Below, one piece after another: positions 40,151 through 53,012 of a stretch of DNA of 64,000 nt. The notes beneath the pieces are model-generated. The model did no database searches, had not been told where the DNA came from, and saw nothing but the letters and a program-made list of their open reading frames with translations. Each line of letters begins with the position of its first letter. Positions within the stretch are counted from its first letter, which is position 1. Source of the DNA: Rhizophagus irregularis (lineage: Eukaryota). Position numbers and translations under genes: made by a program. The stretch lies in the NCBI RefSeq assembly GCF_026210795.1, contig NC_089433.1, positions 1,426,001-1,490,000 of the forward strand. Direction: 5' to 3'.

Positions 40151-42496
40151 AAGTACTTTGTTTAACATAACCCCTCCTCTTTTAGAAGGTTTTTTGAAAC
40201 ATATAATTTAGGCCAAATTTAGAAAAAATTTTCCTAATTTAGACTATAATTTTTAGTATTCAATGATACTTTAATTCCGCCCAAAATTAATGATAATTTT
40301 GGCCATGTTTTTGTGGTTTTGTCTTTTCCCCCCTCTAGTTATTAGTGTGACCTAATAAACATTTATAATTTTATTGAAATTAGGAAATCTATATAATTAT
40401 TAGTTAAAATTTATAATATCTATGTTCAAATAATAAAATTATTGTTATTATAATAAAAAAAAAATAGAAGATACAGTATATAAATATTAATATAACTTTC
40501 AGTTATATATTACTAAAAATTAAATACAAACACTAATCATAAAATTTATTTATTTATTTTAATTCAAACAAAACATTTTGCAATTTATAAAAGTGGTCTT
40601 TTGCAAATAAAATACATTTGCAATTTATAAAAGTGGTCTTTTGCAAATAAAATAGATTTCAATTTATTTCAAATGAAGTAATAAATTAAACTTTACAGAA
40701 ATTTTTCTACGACTTTACTAAAACACACCACTGGTGCTCAACATCATAGTATGGGATTTTGCAAAAACTGTATTCTAAACCAAAGAAGCTGCTCTAATTA
40801 AAATTGCTCAGCACCCTTGAAAATGGTCAGAAAAAGATTAAATTGGTATTATTTTTATTTTTTTTATACTGCAAATTCTGCAAAATAAAAAAATTTGAAA
40901 AACTTAGAAAAGTATAAGTAAAGTATAAGCTGCAGCAATAAGTACCACAATGTGTTATATAATCATTACATTAATTGCATCAGCTTAACCAAATTGTTAA
41001 TAATATAGAATAAAAAATTAGAGTAACAAATAAAAAAAATGTATAAACCATATGACTATGGTATTGTGGAATATAATTTTTGTTTTTTTAATAGTGAAAT
41101 TAAAATTTTAAAAATTATTAGAATTTATATAGTAAAATAATATTATAAATGTTAAATTCATAACAATTATTATTATATTAAATTATAACAATATAAAATG
41201 GATATTAGTTTATCTTAAATAAAACAATAAAATTGAATTTTACAGAAATTTTTTTGATAATAAAATTAAAATTTTAATATTATTTATATAATACTAGGAA
41301 ATGAAACCTGTTGGAGCGTTCGAAGTATTCAGTATAATTAATAATTGTACATTTAATACTAAAAAAAATTGTCAGCGTGCTGTGCATGTCCAAATTCTTG
41401 TGTAATATTTGTCTAAGATATCTCACTAAATACTTTCGTTCTAAGTCACAATATAATCAGTTTTCACCCTTAACATAATTTTTTCAATATTATTTCTTCT
41501 ATAAAAGTTTAGCCCTTTCTGCTTAAAGTTTTCTTATTTATTTATTAAAATTTTATTGATATCACGAGATCTGTAACATATGGCTAAATTTGTATATATA
41601 TAACACAAAATTTCATTCATCAATCAGGCTATAGTACAGAACAATATTGCATTTGAAATGCATAGAAGTAGTATGTCCTCATACTTCAGACAAAAATATA
41701 ATAAATATTAAAACTTTTGATATAAATTTATTAAATACAATAGCAAATATTACAAAATAAAATAAATTTAATTTACTTTATATAAAACAATAAATTGATT
41801 TTTACTAAAATTTTTAAAAATTATTAGAAATTTATTTAGTAAAATAATATTATTATCTCTTAAATGATAAGTAATTGCAGGTAAATTTACCCGTAATTTA
41901 CTAAAAATTTAACTCTCATCTAATTTTATGAAAAATTAAGTTAATTTAATAAAAATTTTTTTTTATAATAGCTTAAATTATAAATTATGTAGCAAAAATT
42001 ATTATTTGTTAATTATATATTAGAAAATCAAAAATTATTCATTAATTAAAAGTTGTATTTTTAAAATAACCATAAAATTTAAAAAAGTTTGTACTTTCAT
42101 TTTGATAATTTCACTAATAATTAGTCATAGTGAACTTTTATAAGGAAATAATATTTTAATATAAAGGCAAAATGAACTAATGATTACGAATTTTTGAAAA
42201 TGATCGAGGAAAATAATGCCATTTAAAACAATAAAGAATTTGTTCAGCTGGTCTAAATAAAAACTTACTGCGCTAACAACAATAAACAAAGAAACAGAAA
42301 CTGCACGTAAATTAGAATTAGAAGAAGGAGAACTTGAACAACTTCCTAAAACTTTCCCAAATAACAATTAGAATAACAATAAGACGTATACACAACAGGC
42401 AAAGACTAACCATACACAACCAAATGCAAATGTATATAATAATAATAACAACGTGAAGAGTAACAATACATTCAATTTAATGTTTATGGGACACAC

Positions 42497-42738
42497 AGGT
42501 GCTTGCCGAAACCCCAGGGGTTTAGGCAAGATGGCATTTCGCCAAAAAGCGAAATTCTGCCGAAACTATATTAAAGTTATATTAAAAAACTGGCGAAACT
42601 TTGGAGAAAGGCGAAACTGCCGAAACTTATTATAAATGCCGAAACTGCCGAAACTCTGCCGAAACTATAATAAATCTATAGTAAAATTTTGACGAAACTA
42701 ATCGTAGGATTTTGAAGAGGTTTAGACAAGCAACCTTA
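42497..42738. mobile_element. Second copy of the TAAGGTTGCTTG hAT-type MITE, inserted in the LINE APE domain
   Basis: Highly similar to 24229-24472. Right flank GACACAAC, left flank degraded to GACACAC. Confidence 0.85.
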
Positions 42739-43341
42739 GACACAACATTAATGGGCTGAGCTCAGATTATTCCAAACTTAACTTACTAACGAAATATTGC
42801 TCAAATAAGAGAGCCGATATAATAGGTACATGTGAAACAAACAGAAATAGAAAATACAGTGAATATTGAAACAAATAAAGCTTAGTATACACCTCTTTTT
42901 GAACTAATAAAGACAACAAGATAAAAGGATCTGGAGTATATATAATGATTAATAAGAAGTGGAAAAAACACATTGGAAAATTAGAAGACTAGGTGCATAC
43001 TATATAGAAGCTTGGTTGTTCTTTAAGAATTGCACGCTCATAATAGGTGTAATATATTTACCACTTTAGACGCGAAAAACAAAATGAGCTCACAAACTAC
43101 ATTAAAAAAAAATTCACTAATCACAGCAAGAAAAACAGATATTATGTTTTAATAGGAGATCTTAATTTATATATGAATAAAACATTAGATTATAGTGACC
43201 TATCCAAACTCGGAAAAAGATTTTTAAATATTATTACATGACTAGACAATGCCTTTTTTACGGATATATATAGAAAACTAAATCCTAAAAAGAGATGTTT
43301 CACATGGAAGAAAATAAGACTGTATAGATAGTGGTCCAGGA

Positions 43342-43518
43342 TATACATACTGCCCAAATTATTTTAGGATGTCATAATTATAATTTGGGATGCCGTAATT
43401 CATTCAGTTTATATATAATTTACTATGTAAAGTGCCAAAATAATTTGGGATGCCATAATTGAATTTGGGATTTTACTTATAATTACGGCAGTCCAAAATA
43501 ATTTGGGTGGCATGTATA
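43342..43518. mobile_element. MITE with TATACAT..CCCAAATTATTTT TIR and 8-bp TSD (hAT-like), inserted in the LINE RT
   Basis: TSD GTCCAGGA at 43334-43341 and 43519-43526. Confidence 0.85.
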
Positions 43519-44320
43519 GTCCAGGATATGGTGAAGGCTTTCGATAGTGTTGGAATGATTCCTTTGCAAAAAGCCTTAAAGAGAATAAGATTGCCACTAT
43601 CTATTACTAACTTTATTATAAATATCTTTAAGAACTAGAAAATCAAGATCATCACAGTGTACGGCTTAACTGATATATTCATCACATACGATGGTATAAA
43701 TCAAGGGAAGTGATTTCATCTTTAGTATGGAGAATTTTTTATGATCCCCTGCTTCATAGAATACAGAAAGATGAAATTTTAGGTTACTGTATAAAAATGA
43801 AATGGCCAAATAATGTAGCTAATAACAACAAACAGAAAATAATGATATGAATTGCTACATTAGTCTATGCAGACGGCACTCAATGGTAAATATACATATT
43901 ATTTAATCAAATGGTATTTATTATATTATATATAATATAATATAATGAATGAAATTAACCAATTACAATTTTGATATTTATATATATTATTCATTATTAC
44001 ATCAGAATCATTGAAATATTTATATTTTTCAGATTAAATAATTAATTGATATTGTAATGAATTTCTCCCATTGCTATCTGTACCTTGAAGCATGATTATT
44101 CAGAGGAGTCTTATATATTTATTATACATACTATATACATACACTCAATTAATAATTTAAATTATTAAATGTGTCAAATTTTATTATGCATAAAAAAAAT
44201 TTTCCAATTAATTTACATTATTTAAAAATATCTTCGTTATTTTAATTACTTGTGTAATTATATTATTACTCTACTCTAGGATTACATAATTTAGGCTAAT
44301 TTTTCTCGATGAGTATATAT

Positions 44321-44546
44321 AAGACCCCGCTTACTTATAAGATAGGTCACTCCCAGGTCTAAGGTAAAAATTATATATAAAATTCTTTGCAGATCCTACT
44401 ATAAAAGGAAATTTTATGTTACATTGTTATGATTTTTTTCCTTTTTAGCTAATTAACCAATAGAATTTAAGAAAAAAGTAAGGTAAAAACTATTAGTAAA
44501 GAACTAATTTTTTACGGTGACCTTTATTATAAGTAAGCGGGGTTCT
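44321..44546. mobile_element. MITE homologous to 24561-24789 (aagaccccgcttactt / aagtaagcggggttct)
   Basis: Same internal sequence as the 24561 copy. Flanks GTATATAT / GTGCACAT match at 5 of 8 positions (probable degraded TSD). Confidence 0.8.
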
Positions 44547-45179
44547 GTGCACATATTATTTAATCAAACAGTATTTATTATATTATATATAAGATATATA
44601 ATAATACAATTAAAAATATATATATAAAAGGAGATAAAATTCCTTTTCAGAAAAATCAGAAAAATCATCGTAATAAAACAACAATTTTACATAATCAAGA
44701 AATTTGAATTTTTTTAAAATGTCTCAACTTTTGCCAGAATATAAATCATCCAATTCAGAAAATGAGGTCAATTCAGAAAGTGAAAGTAGTTCATTTTCTG
44801 AATTAGATTAAAGGTTTAGTTTCAGGGTCTCTCAGAAAAGAACTAAACATAAATATTCGTACTACAAACTATAATGGCAGGTTTGTCAGATGTACAAATT
44901 ACGATAATCACTGGTCAAAATCAATTCTATCGGGTACATATCGGGTACCTATATATCGGTAGCTAATCGGATAAATATCGGGTATTTTTACATATCGGGT
45001 ACCCGATAGCTAAGCTATTAGTCACTGATATTGTATATCGGGCATTGATCTATCTTACACATATCAGGTACCCGATATGTAAATTTTAATACGTAAGATT
45101 TTTATTTTGTACAACATACTGTATTATATATAATCCATTTCAACTAAAATTTTTTATTTAAATTCATTTTTTAGATAAT

Positions 45180-47945
45180 TTTTATAAATAATTTTCTAAG
45201 AAATTTTAAAAGTCCATTTGAATAATATTTAATAGGGATTTTATTTAAGAAACTTTTAGATAGATTTTTTTGAGAAATTTTTTAAGAGTCCGTTTGGAAA
45301 AATTATTTTTTTAACTAAGAGGATCATTTAGAGCATTTTTGATAGAGAATTTTCTAAAGATTTGTTTGGAGAGATTATTTTTGAGAATTTTTTAACTAAA
45401 GGGACCGTTTGGAACATTTTTTGATAGAGAATTTTCTAAGAATTCGTTTGGGAAATGGTTTTTTGAGAATTTTTTAACTAAAAGGATCATTTGGGCATTT
45501 TTTGATTAAGAATTTTCTAAGAGTTCGTTTAGGGAAATTATTTTTTGAATTTTTTAATTAAGGGGATCGTTTAGGGCATTTTTTGATTGAGAATTTTCTA
45601 AGAGTTCGTTTAGAGAGATTATTTTTGAGAATTTTTTAACCAAAGGGACTGTTGGAACATTTTTTAATAGAGAATTTTTTTGATAGAGAATTTTCTAAGA
45701 GTTTGTTTGGAAAAATTATTTTTTGAGAATTTTTTAACTGAAGGTATCATTTGATAGAGAAATTTCTAAGAGTTCGTTTAGGAAAATTATTTTTTATATT
45801 TTTTAATTAAGGGGATCGCTTAGGACATTTTTGATAGAGAATTTTCTAATGATTCGTTTGGAGAGATTGTTTTTGAGAATTTTTTAATTAAAGGGAACGT
45901 TTGGAACATTTTTGATAGAGAATTTTCTAAGAATTTGTTTGGGAAATAGGTTTTCAAGAATTTTTTAACTAAAAGGATCATTTAATGCATTTTTTGATTG
46001 AGAATTTTCTAAGAGTTTGTTCAGGGAAATTATTTTTTGAATTTTTTAATTAAGGGGATCGTTTAGGGCATTTTTTGATTGAGAATTTTCTAAGAGTTCG
46101 TTTAGGGAAATTATTTTTTGAATTTTTTAATTAAGGGGATCGTTTAGGGCATTTTTTGATTGAGAATTTTCTGAGTTCGTTTAGGGAAATTATTTTTTGA
46201 ATTTTTTAATTAAGGGGATCGTTTAGGGCATTTTTTGATTGAGAATTTTCTAAGAGTTCATTTAGGGAGATTATTTTTGAGAATTTTTTAACCAAAGGGA
46301 CCATTGGAACATTTTTTAATAGAGAATTTTTTTGATAGAGAATTTTCTAAGAGTTTGTTTGGAAAAATTATTTTTTGAGAATTTTTTAACTGAAGGTATC
46401 ATTCCAAGAGATCGTTTGGAACATTTTTTGATAGAGAATTTTCTAAGAGTTTGTTTGGGAAATGGTTTTTTGAGAATTTTTTAACTTAAAGGATTATTTA
46501 GAGCATTTTTGATTGAGAATTTTCTAAGAGTTCATTTAGGGAAATTATTTTTTGTATTTTTTAATTAAGGGGATCGCTTAGGGCATTTTTGATAGAGAAT
46601 TTTCTAATGATTCGTTTGGAGAGATTGTTTTTGAGAATTTTTTAACTAAAGGGAACATTTGGAACATTTTTGATAAAGAATTTTCTAAGAGTTCGTTTGG
46701 AAAATGGTTTTTCGAGAATTTTTTAATTAAAAGAATCATTTAGGGCATTTTTTGATAGAGAATTTTCTAAGAGTGTATTTAGGGAAATTATTTTTTGAAT
46801 TTTTTAATTAAGGGAATCGTTTAGGGCATTTTTTGATAGAGAATTTTCTAATGATTCGTTTGGAGAGATTATTTTTGAGAATTTTTTAACCAAAGGAACT
46901 GTTGGAACATTTTTTGATAGAGAATTTTTTTGATAGAGAATTTTCTAAAAGTTTGTTCTGAAAAATTATTTTTTGAGAATTTTTTAACTGAAGGTATCAT
47001 TTGATAGAGAAATTTCTAAGAGTTCGTTTAGGAAAATTATTTTTTGTATTTTTTAATTAAGGGAATCACTTAGGGCATTTTTGATAGAGAATTTTCTAAT
47101 GATTCGTTTAGAGAGATTGTTTTTGAGAATTTTTTAATTAAAGGGAATATTTGGAACATTTTTGATAGAGAATTTTCTAAGAATTTGTTTGGGAAATGGT
47201 TTTTCGAGAATTTTTTAACTAAAAGAATCATTTAGGGCATTTTTTGATTGAGAATTTTCTAAGAGTTCATTTAGGGAAATTATTTTTTGAATTTTTTAAT
47301 TAAAGAGATCGTTTAGGGCATTTTTTGATAGAGAATTTTCTAAGGATTCGTTTGGAGAGATTATTTTTGAGAATTTTTTAACTAAAGGGAACATTTGGAA
47401 CATTTTTGATAGAGAATTTTTTAAGAGTTCGTTTGGGAAATAGTTTTTCAAGAATTTTTTAATTAAAAGGATCATTTAGGGCATTTTTTGATAGAGAATT
47501 TTCTAAGGATTCATTTGGGGAGATTATTTTGAGAATTTTTTAACCAAGGGATCGTTTGAAACATTTTTGATAGAGAATTTTCTAAGAGTTCGTTTGGGTA
47601 GATTATTTTTAAGAATTTTTTAACCAAAGGGATCGTTTGGGACATTTTTTGACAGAAAATTTTTAGGAGTTCATTTGGGGAAATTATTTTTTGGGATTTT
47701 TTTAACTAAAGGGATCATTTAGGACATTTTATTTTTAATAAAGAAATTCTAAGAATTCATTTGGAAGATTTTTTGAGATTTTTTTAATAAATCTTCTAAG
47801 GGTTCATTTGAAGAAATTTTTTAAAAAAGTTTTTTAACTAGAGGGGTCATTACAAATATTTTTTTGATGAGAAATTTTCTAAGAGTTCATTTGGAAAGAT
47901 TTTTTTTGATAATTTTTTAATCGAAGGGGTCATTTGGATTGAGAA
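45180..47945. repeat. Tandem satellite of ~81-bp monomers (two related ~40-bp halves), roughly 33-34 copies
   Basis: Approximate consensus gagaattttctaagagttcgtttagggaaattattttttgaattttttaattaaggggatcgtttagggcattttttgat(t/a). More degenerate at both edges. Confidence 0.95.
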
Positions 47946-48156
47946 ATTTTTGTTTTACGACGTAATTTTACCAAATTTAATTATAAATGTATTTAGGCTA
48001 TAAAATAACATGTGGTAAGTTACGTTACGTAATATTGTTATCATGTGATCACATGATTTAAATATTTACATTTCGCATTTTTGTTTATCTTATTAAAACC
48101 TTTTCTTCGTTCTCAATTTTTTTTTACTTAAAAACACAATTTTTTATCTATTTAAT

Positions 48157-51100
48157 TAGTGCTCTGAATGATCCGAGTTAACCCAGGTTAATTTGACCTG
48201 ATTCGACTTTTAAATCGGGTCGATACTTGTAATTTTGAGTGACTCGTGACCCGCATGACCCAACCCGATGGGTCGGGTCATATATTTCCTTGACCCGGGT
48301 TTTAACCCGAATCAACCTGAATAATCATTAATTGATTTTGATTATCCAAATCTTTTTTTTCGCACCTTACTTTATCAAGTTAAAACTACTAGACCATTTT
48401 TATTCATACTCTACTATAATGTCTGTTGACTTGACTGAACCAACAACTCCACCAGCTCAACGCCTTGGAAAAAAAAAGGCTTTACGTAGTGAGCTTTTTA
48501 CTAAAGATCTCTTTGAAGAAAGAAGTCTTCCACAAGACCATGAAAAGGCCAAAACTCATCGTGAAGTCCAGTGTCTTAATTGTCTGTAAGTAAAAAAATT
48601 TATCATGATATATTGAAATATATGCCAAATATTGACTAGATATTTCTTTTAAAATTTTAGAAACAATAAAGTCTGGTATCGTAAAATTGGTGATGCTAAT
48701 ACAACTAATCTTTGGCGCCATGTAGAGGTTCATCATCCAGAAAAAGATCCAAGGCCTAACAAAAAAGCAAAAAAATTAATAGCAGAAGGTCAAAATACAT
48801 TGGATGAATTTGTGGGTCAGACAGAGGTTCCATCTAAAGTTAGTGTAATGAATAATTTATAATTTTGTATAAATTGTAAAATTAAAAAAGCTTTATTGAT
48901 TATATAACTATATTTTTATTTTATTTTAAGTTTACACAGACAGACTTTCGTAAATTTCTTTCTAAATGGATAATAGCTGATGATCAGCCATTTACAACAG
49001 TAGAAAATATACATTTTCGAAATGTGGTAAAGGTGTTAAATTCAGATGCACTAGTTCCTAAAGCAGATACAATCAAAAATGATATAAATGAAAGTTTTGA
49101 TGAAGAGCGAAAAAAAAGAAAAATTTTACTTCAGGTAAATATTTAAATTTATGTAAAAGTAATTCTACAATCTTGTTATTAATTATATTTTATATAATAG
49201 AAAATCCCAGGTAGAATTTCATTTGCTTTAGATGCATGGACGTCAATAAATGGGTATGGATTTTTAGCTATCACAGCACATTGGATTACAAAAAATTGGA
49301 AACTTTGTGATAGTTTGCTTGACTTTATAAAGCTTTCTGGTCCTCACTCTGGTGAAAACATCTGTAATGCTTTTGTAAAAAGTTGTGATGATTTTGGGAT
49401 TTTAGAAAAGGTAAATTTCTCTATATTTTATTTAAACTTTGAAAATACATGCTAATGACAAAAATTAATTATTTTAATAGATTTTCGCCATTACAAGTAA
49501 TAATGCTACAAACAATGATACCTTTATGAAATATTTAGAAAATACTTGTCAAAAAAAAAATATTTCTTTTGATGCCATTAATAATCATTGTCATTGTATT
49601 GCTCATATCATGAATTTAGCTGTACAAGAAATTTTAAAACAAATTAAAGCAGGTGAAGCTGAACCTGAAGATGCTATATTAGAAATGCCTATAAATACTG
49701 GAGAAGTAATCCCAAAGGTAACTATTTTATAATGCATTATTAAACTTCAATTGCTATTATTAAGGTGTATTAATTAATTATTATTGTTTAATTAGCTTAG
49801 AAAGCTTATAGTCAAGATACGTGCATCGCCACAACGCCAAGAAAAATTCGCATGCCATGCTGAAGCAGCTGGGCTTAAGGAACTCCAACTTATTTTAGAT
49901 GTGAAAACAAGATGGAATTCCACACATAATTTGCTTGAACGTGCACTAAAAATGCGTGAGGTTAAAATACATGTTATTATATAGTGCATTATTATTTGTT
50001 ATATTTTAATCTTGGATATTTATTGTATACTATTATTATTCACAGGCATTAGATGCAATAGCAAGGTCAGACAAAGAACTTCAAAATTTTGAACTTTCTG
50101 ATGATGAATGGAACAGAATTGATGAGGTTGTGTCAGTTTTAATGGTAGGCAAATTATTCCTAGCATTTTAATTTTAAGTAAGGTTTAATTTATTAAAATT
50201 TTCATTTTTTTATATTATATTGTAATAATTACATGCAGATATTTATACATACTACCAATGTAATGTCATCTGCAAAATATCCAATGCTTTCTTCAGTTGT
50301 GCCACTATACAATTATCTAATTGATGAACTTGAAGATTATTGTGAAAGTCATGATAGTTCTAGTGATATAGTAATTGCTACTAAAGCAGGTATAGAAAAA
50401 TTAGAAAGATACTATGCAAAGACAGATGACACAAATATGTATACAGTTGCTACTGGTAAGTTAAGTATTAACTGAAAATTAATTTTATTTGTCATTAAAT
50501 CAATGGTAATATGATATCAAATAATTTAATTTTATAGTACTTGATCCACGACTAAAGTTAAGTTATTACGAGGATCACAAATGGAAACAAAATTTTATTA
50601 ATTTTGCCAAGGAAACGGTTCTGGATATTTATAATACTGAATATGGACCATCTGAACATTTAGAAGGTGGTAATGTTAATGTTGATAATAATGGTTTTTT
50701 AAATCATATTTTTGGAAAACAGCAGAAAATTCAGCAAAGTGAAGTGGATTTGTATTTAAAAGCCCCCGAGCTGAGCCACAACCGGATATTCTGCTGTGGT
50801 GGAAGGTATGTAATTACAATCATTATTAAACTATACAATTTAAATTTATTAACATTTCAATTAACATATATAATTTTGCTAGGCAAATGAGACAGTGTAT
50901 CCACACTTAGCCAAAATGGCTAGAGATTATATTGCCATTACAGGTAAAAAGTTTATTATGTATAATGTTATGATTATTAAGTATTAACTAATAAATTTTT
51001 TTAATAATCAATAAAGCAACAAGTGTTTCAGTAGAGAGAGTGTTTTCAGGGGGAGCTGATTTATTGGCTACCAAGAGATGTAGTCTTAAAGTCAAAACAA

Positions 51101-52030
51101 TTAGAGCATGCATGTGCTTGAAATTATGGCAGAAATAAAGTATTATTGAGTTTCTATTGATACATTTAATAAAATTTTGAATTTTAATTCTGATCTTAAT
51201 TAAATAGTTAATTATATATAATGTAAATTTAAGTTTAAATGAAGTTTATATTGAATGTAATTGAATAATAACTTTAAATTCGTATTGCAACGATAGATAA
51301 AAGTTGTGCAGGGAATTGCGCTAGGATTTGGTTGAGAAAAATCACTTTGGACGAGTAGAGATGTCCAATTTTTTGGATACATTTTCTTCAAGAGTGTAGT
51401 TTCTAGAATTTGGTTTATTAATGTTTTTAATTTTATTTTGTTTTCTTATTTTGTTTCTATTATTGTTTTCTTTTTCTTTTTAGATTAGACAAAATTTTTA
51501 TGAGACGCAAGATTTATAACACCAGTATCGTTAGAAAATTTAAAACATAAGAAAATAGCAAAATTAAAAAAATTTATAGAATTTTTTAGATTAGTAGCGT
51601 CTTTACACAATAGATGAATTTTTTTAACCAACAATTTGAGGTTATTTTTTAGATCTGTCTTAGTAATTTTTTTAGAATAGATCAGTTAGTTATAGAGGAT
51701 AATATAATTTATTTATATTTCTTCTTTTTCTGAGAAAAACCTGATCATAATTAATAAACGCGTTACTAATAATAATAATAAAAAAAAAAAAGTTGTGCAA
51801 CCTATATGATGATCATTATCATTGTCTTGTAGATCAATTTTTCTTATTATTGATTAACCAAAAATTCGAGTTTGAACCCGGGTTATACGGGTTAAACTAT
51901 ACTCGGGTCAAGTCGATATTGGGTTATAAAATTGTGTGACCTGAACATATACGAGTCCCTCCTTTTTCACTTCAGATCGGGTCGAATATATTCTCAAAAC
52001 CCGACCCGACTTGACCCGGTAGGAGCACTA
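48157..52030 (+). mobile_element. Full-length hAT (Ac-like) DNA transposon
   Basis: Termini TAGTGCTC..GAGCACTA. Perfect 8-bp TSD TATTTAAT at 48149-48156 and 52031-52038. Subterminal (g/a)acccg/cgggt(c/t) repeats at both ends. Confidence 0.95.
48419..51138 (+). pseudogene. Multi-exon hAT transposase (BED Zn finger, DDE core, dimerisation domain) with two apparent lesions
   Basis: CLNC..NLWRHVEVHH (BED), DDQPFTTVE, FALDAWTS, ITSNNA (N where D is expected, 49499-49501), CIAHIMNL, DVKTRWNST, LDPRLK, LLWWK, YPHLAKMARDYIAI, ATSVSVERVFS. A -1 frameshift lies in the C-run at 50763-50767. Confidence 0.88.
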
Positions 52031-52823
52031 TATTTAATATATCCAGAAATACATATTTTTATATTTTTTTTTTATTTGTTATATCTAGAAATGCATAAAA
52101 AGGTATATATTACTAATATTTCTTTTCTTTATTAATGTTTTTCTACCATTTTTTTTTCGTTTCTTTCTTTTCTTTTACTAATACTCCTACTAATATATTT
52201 TTTATTATTTTTTTCTACTATATTAACATTTTTACTATTTAAAATTTTCTATTAATATTATATTACTACTGATATACGTTCTCTTTCTACTAACATTTTT
52301 TATTCTACTAACTTTTTCTTTCTGCTAATGTTTCTACTAATATTTTCTATATTTATATATCTATACTAATATTTTTTAATAACATTCTCTTTTCTCTTAC
52401 TAATATATTTATCATTAATGCTTCTTTTAAATAATCAAACAGGTATAAGCAAACAAGTGATTTTATTTTTATGCTACTTTTAGTAGAAATTATATATTAT
52501 ATATATTTATTCAAGTATTCAAGTATAATTAGTATAATTGTTTTTTTTTTAATTAAAAAGTGTAAATAAATTTAAATTGTAATAAAGTTTTGAATTAAAA
52601 TTAAAAAAATATATAAATTATGATTGCATTTTATAATTTTTTTGCCTGAATTAAATTATAATAAATTTACTAGTATTAATACGAAATCATTATCCTATAT
52701 CTATCTGTCTGATATCTGTATGATATCTGTATGATATCTATATGATATATATCATAATATATCGGGTACCCAATAAGTCTATGATATGTGACCGATATTT
52801 AACTACCCGATATGTGTAAGATG

Positions 52824-53012
52824 TATATGTTGTGCCTCAGATTGATTCTTGCCTCAGATTAAAACTCACGCTGCGTGAGATCAACACCAGATCACGTGTA
52901 TTACATATATGGTAATTTTACTATGTAGATCATCACGTGTATATACATAATTCGTCACATCCTATTGGTAGTTTTAATCTGAGGCAAGAATCAATCTGAG
53001 GCACAACATATA
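52824..53012. mobile_element. Short MITE with ~43-bp perfect TIRs and TA ends (Tc1/mariner-like), nested in the CACTG element's right subterminal region
   Basis: tatatgttgtgcctcagattgattcttgcctcagattaaaact ... agttttaatctgaggcaagaatcaatctgaggcacaacatata. Confidence 0.85.

Larger units (their letters stand above)
42140..43890 (+). mobile_element. Non-LTR retrotransposon (LINE) relic with APE endonuclease and reverse transcriptase fragments, internally deleted and hit by two MITEs
   Basis: APE: MG|HNING..ADIIGTCETN..GSGV..VLIGDLN..TDIYRKLNPKKRCFTW. RT: QDMVKAFDSV, DGINQG, ISSLVWRIFYDPLL, LVYADG. Many stops and frameshifts. Confidence 0.85.

Noticed and set aside
24221..43526. Shared TCCAGG core in the TSDs of two different MITEs (TCCAGGCC, GTCCAGGA) as a target preference
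   Set aside because: Only two cases, offset by one base, and the other copy of the first family has an unrelated target (GACACAAC).
45180..47945. Possible CRISPR-like repeat-spacer array
   Set aside because: Sequence between the conserved blocks is itself repeated with no unique spacers, no cas genes are present, and the context is eukaryotic. It is a satellite.
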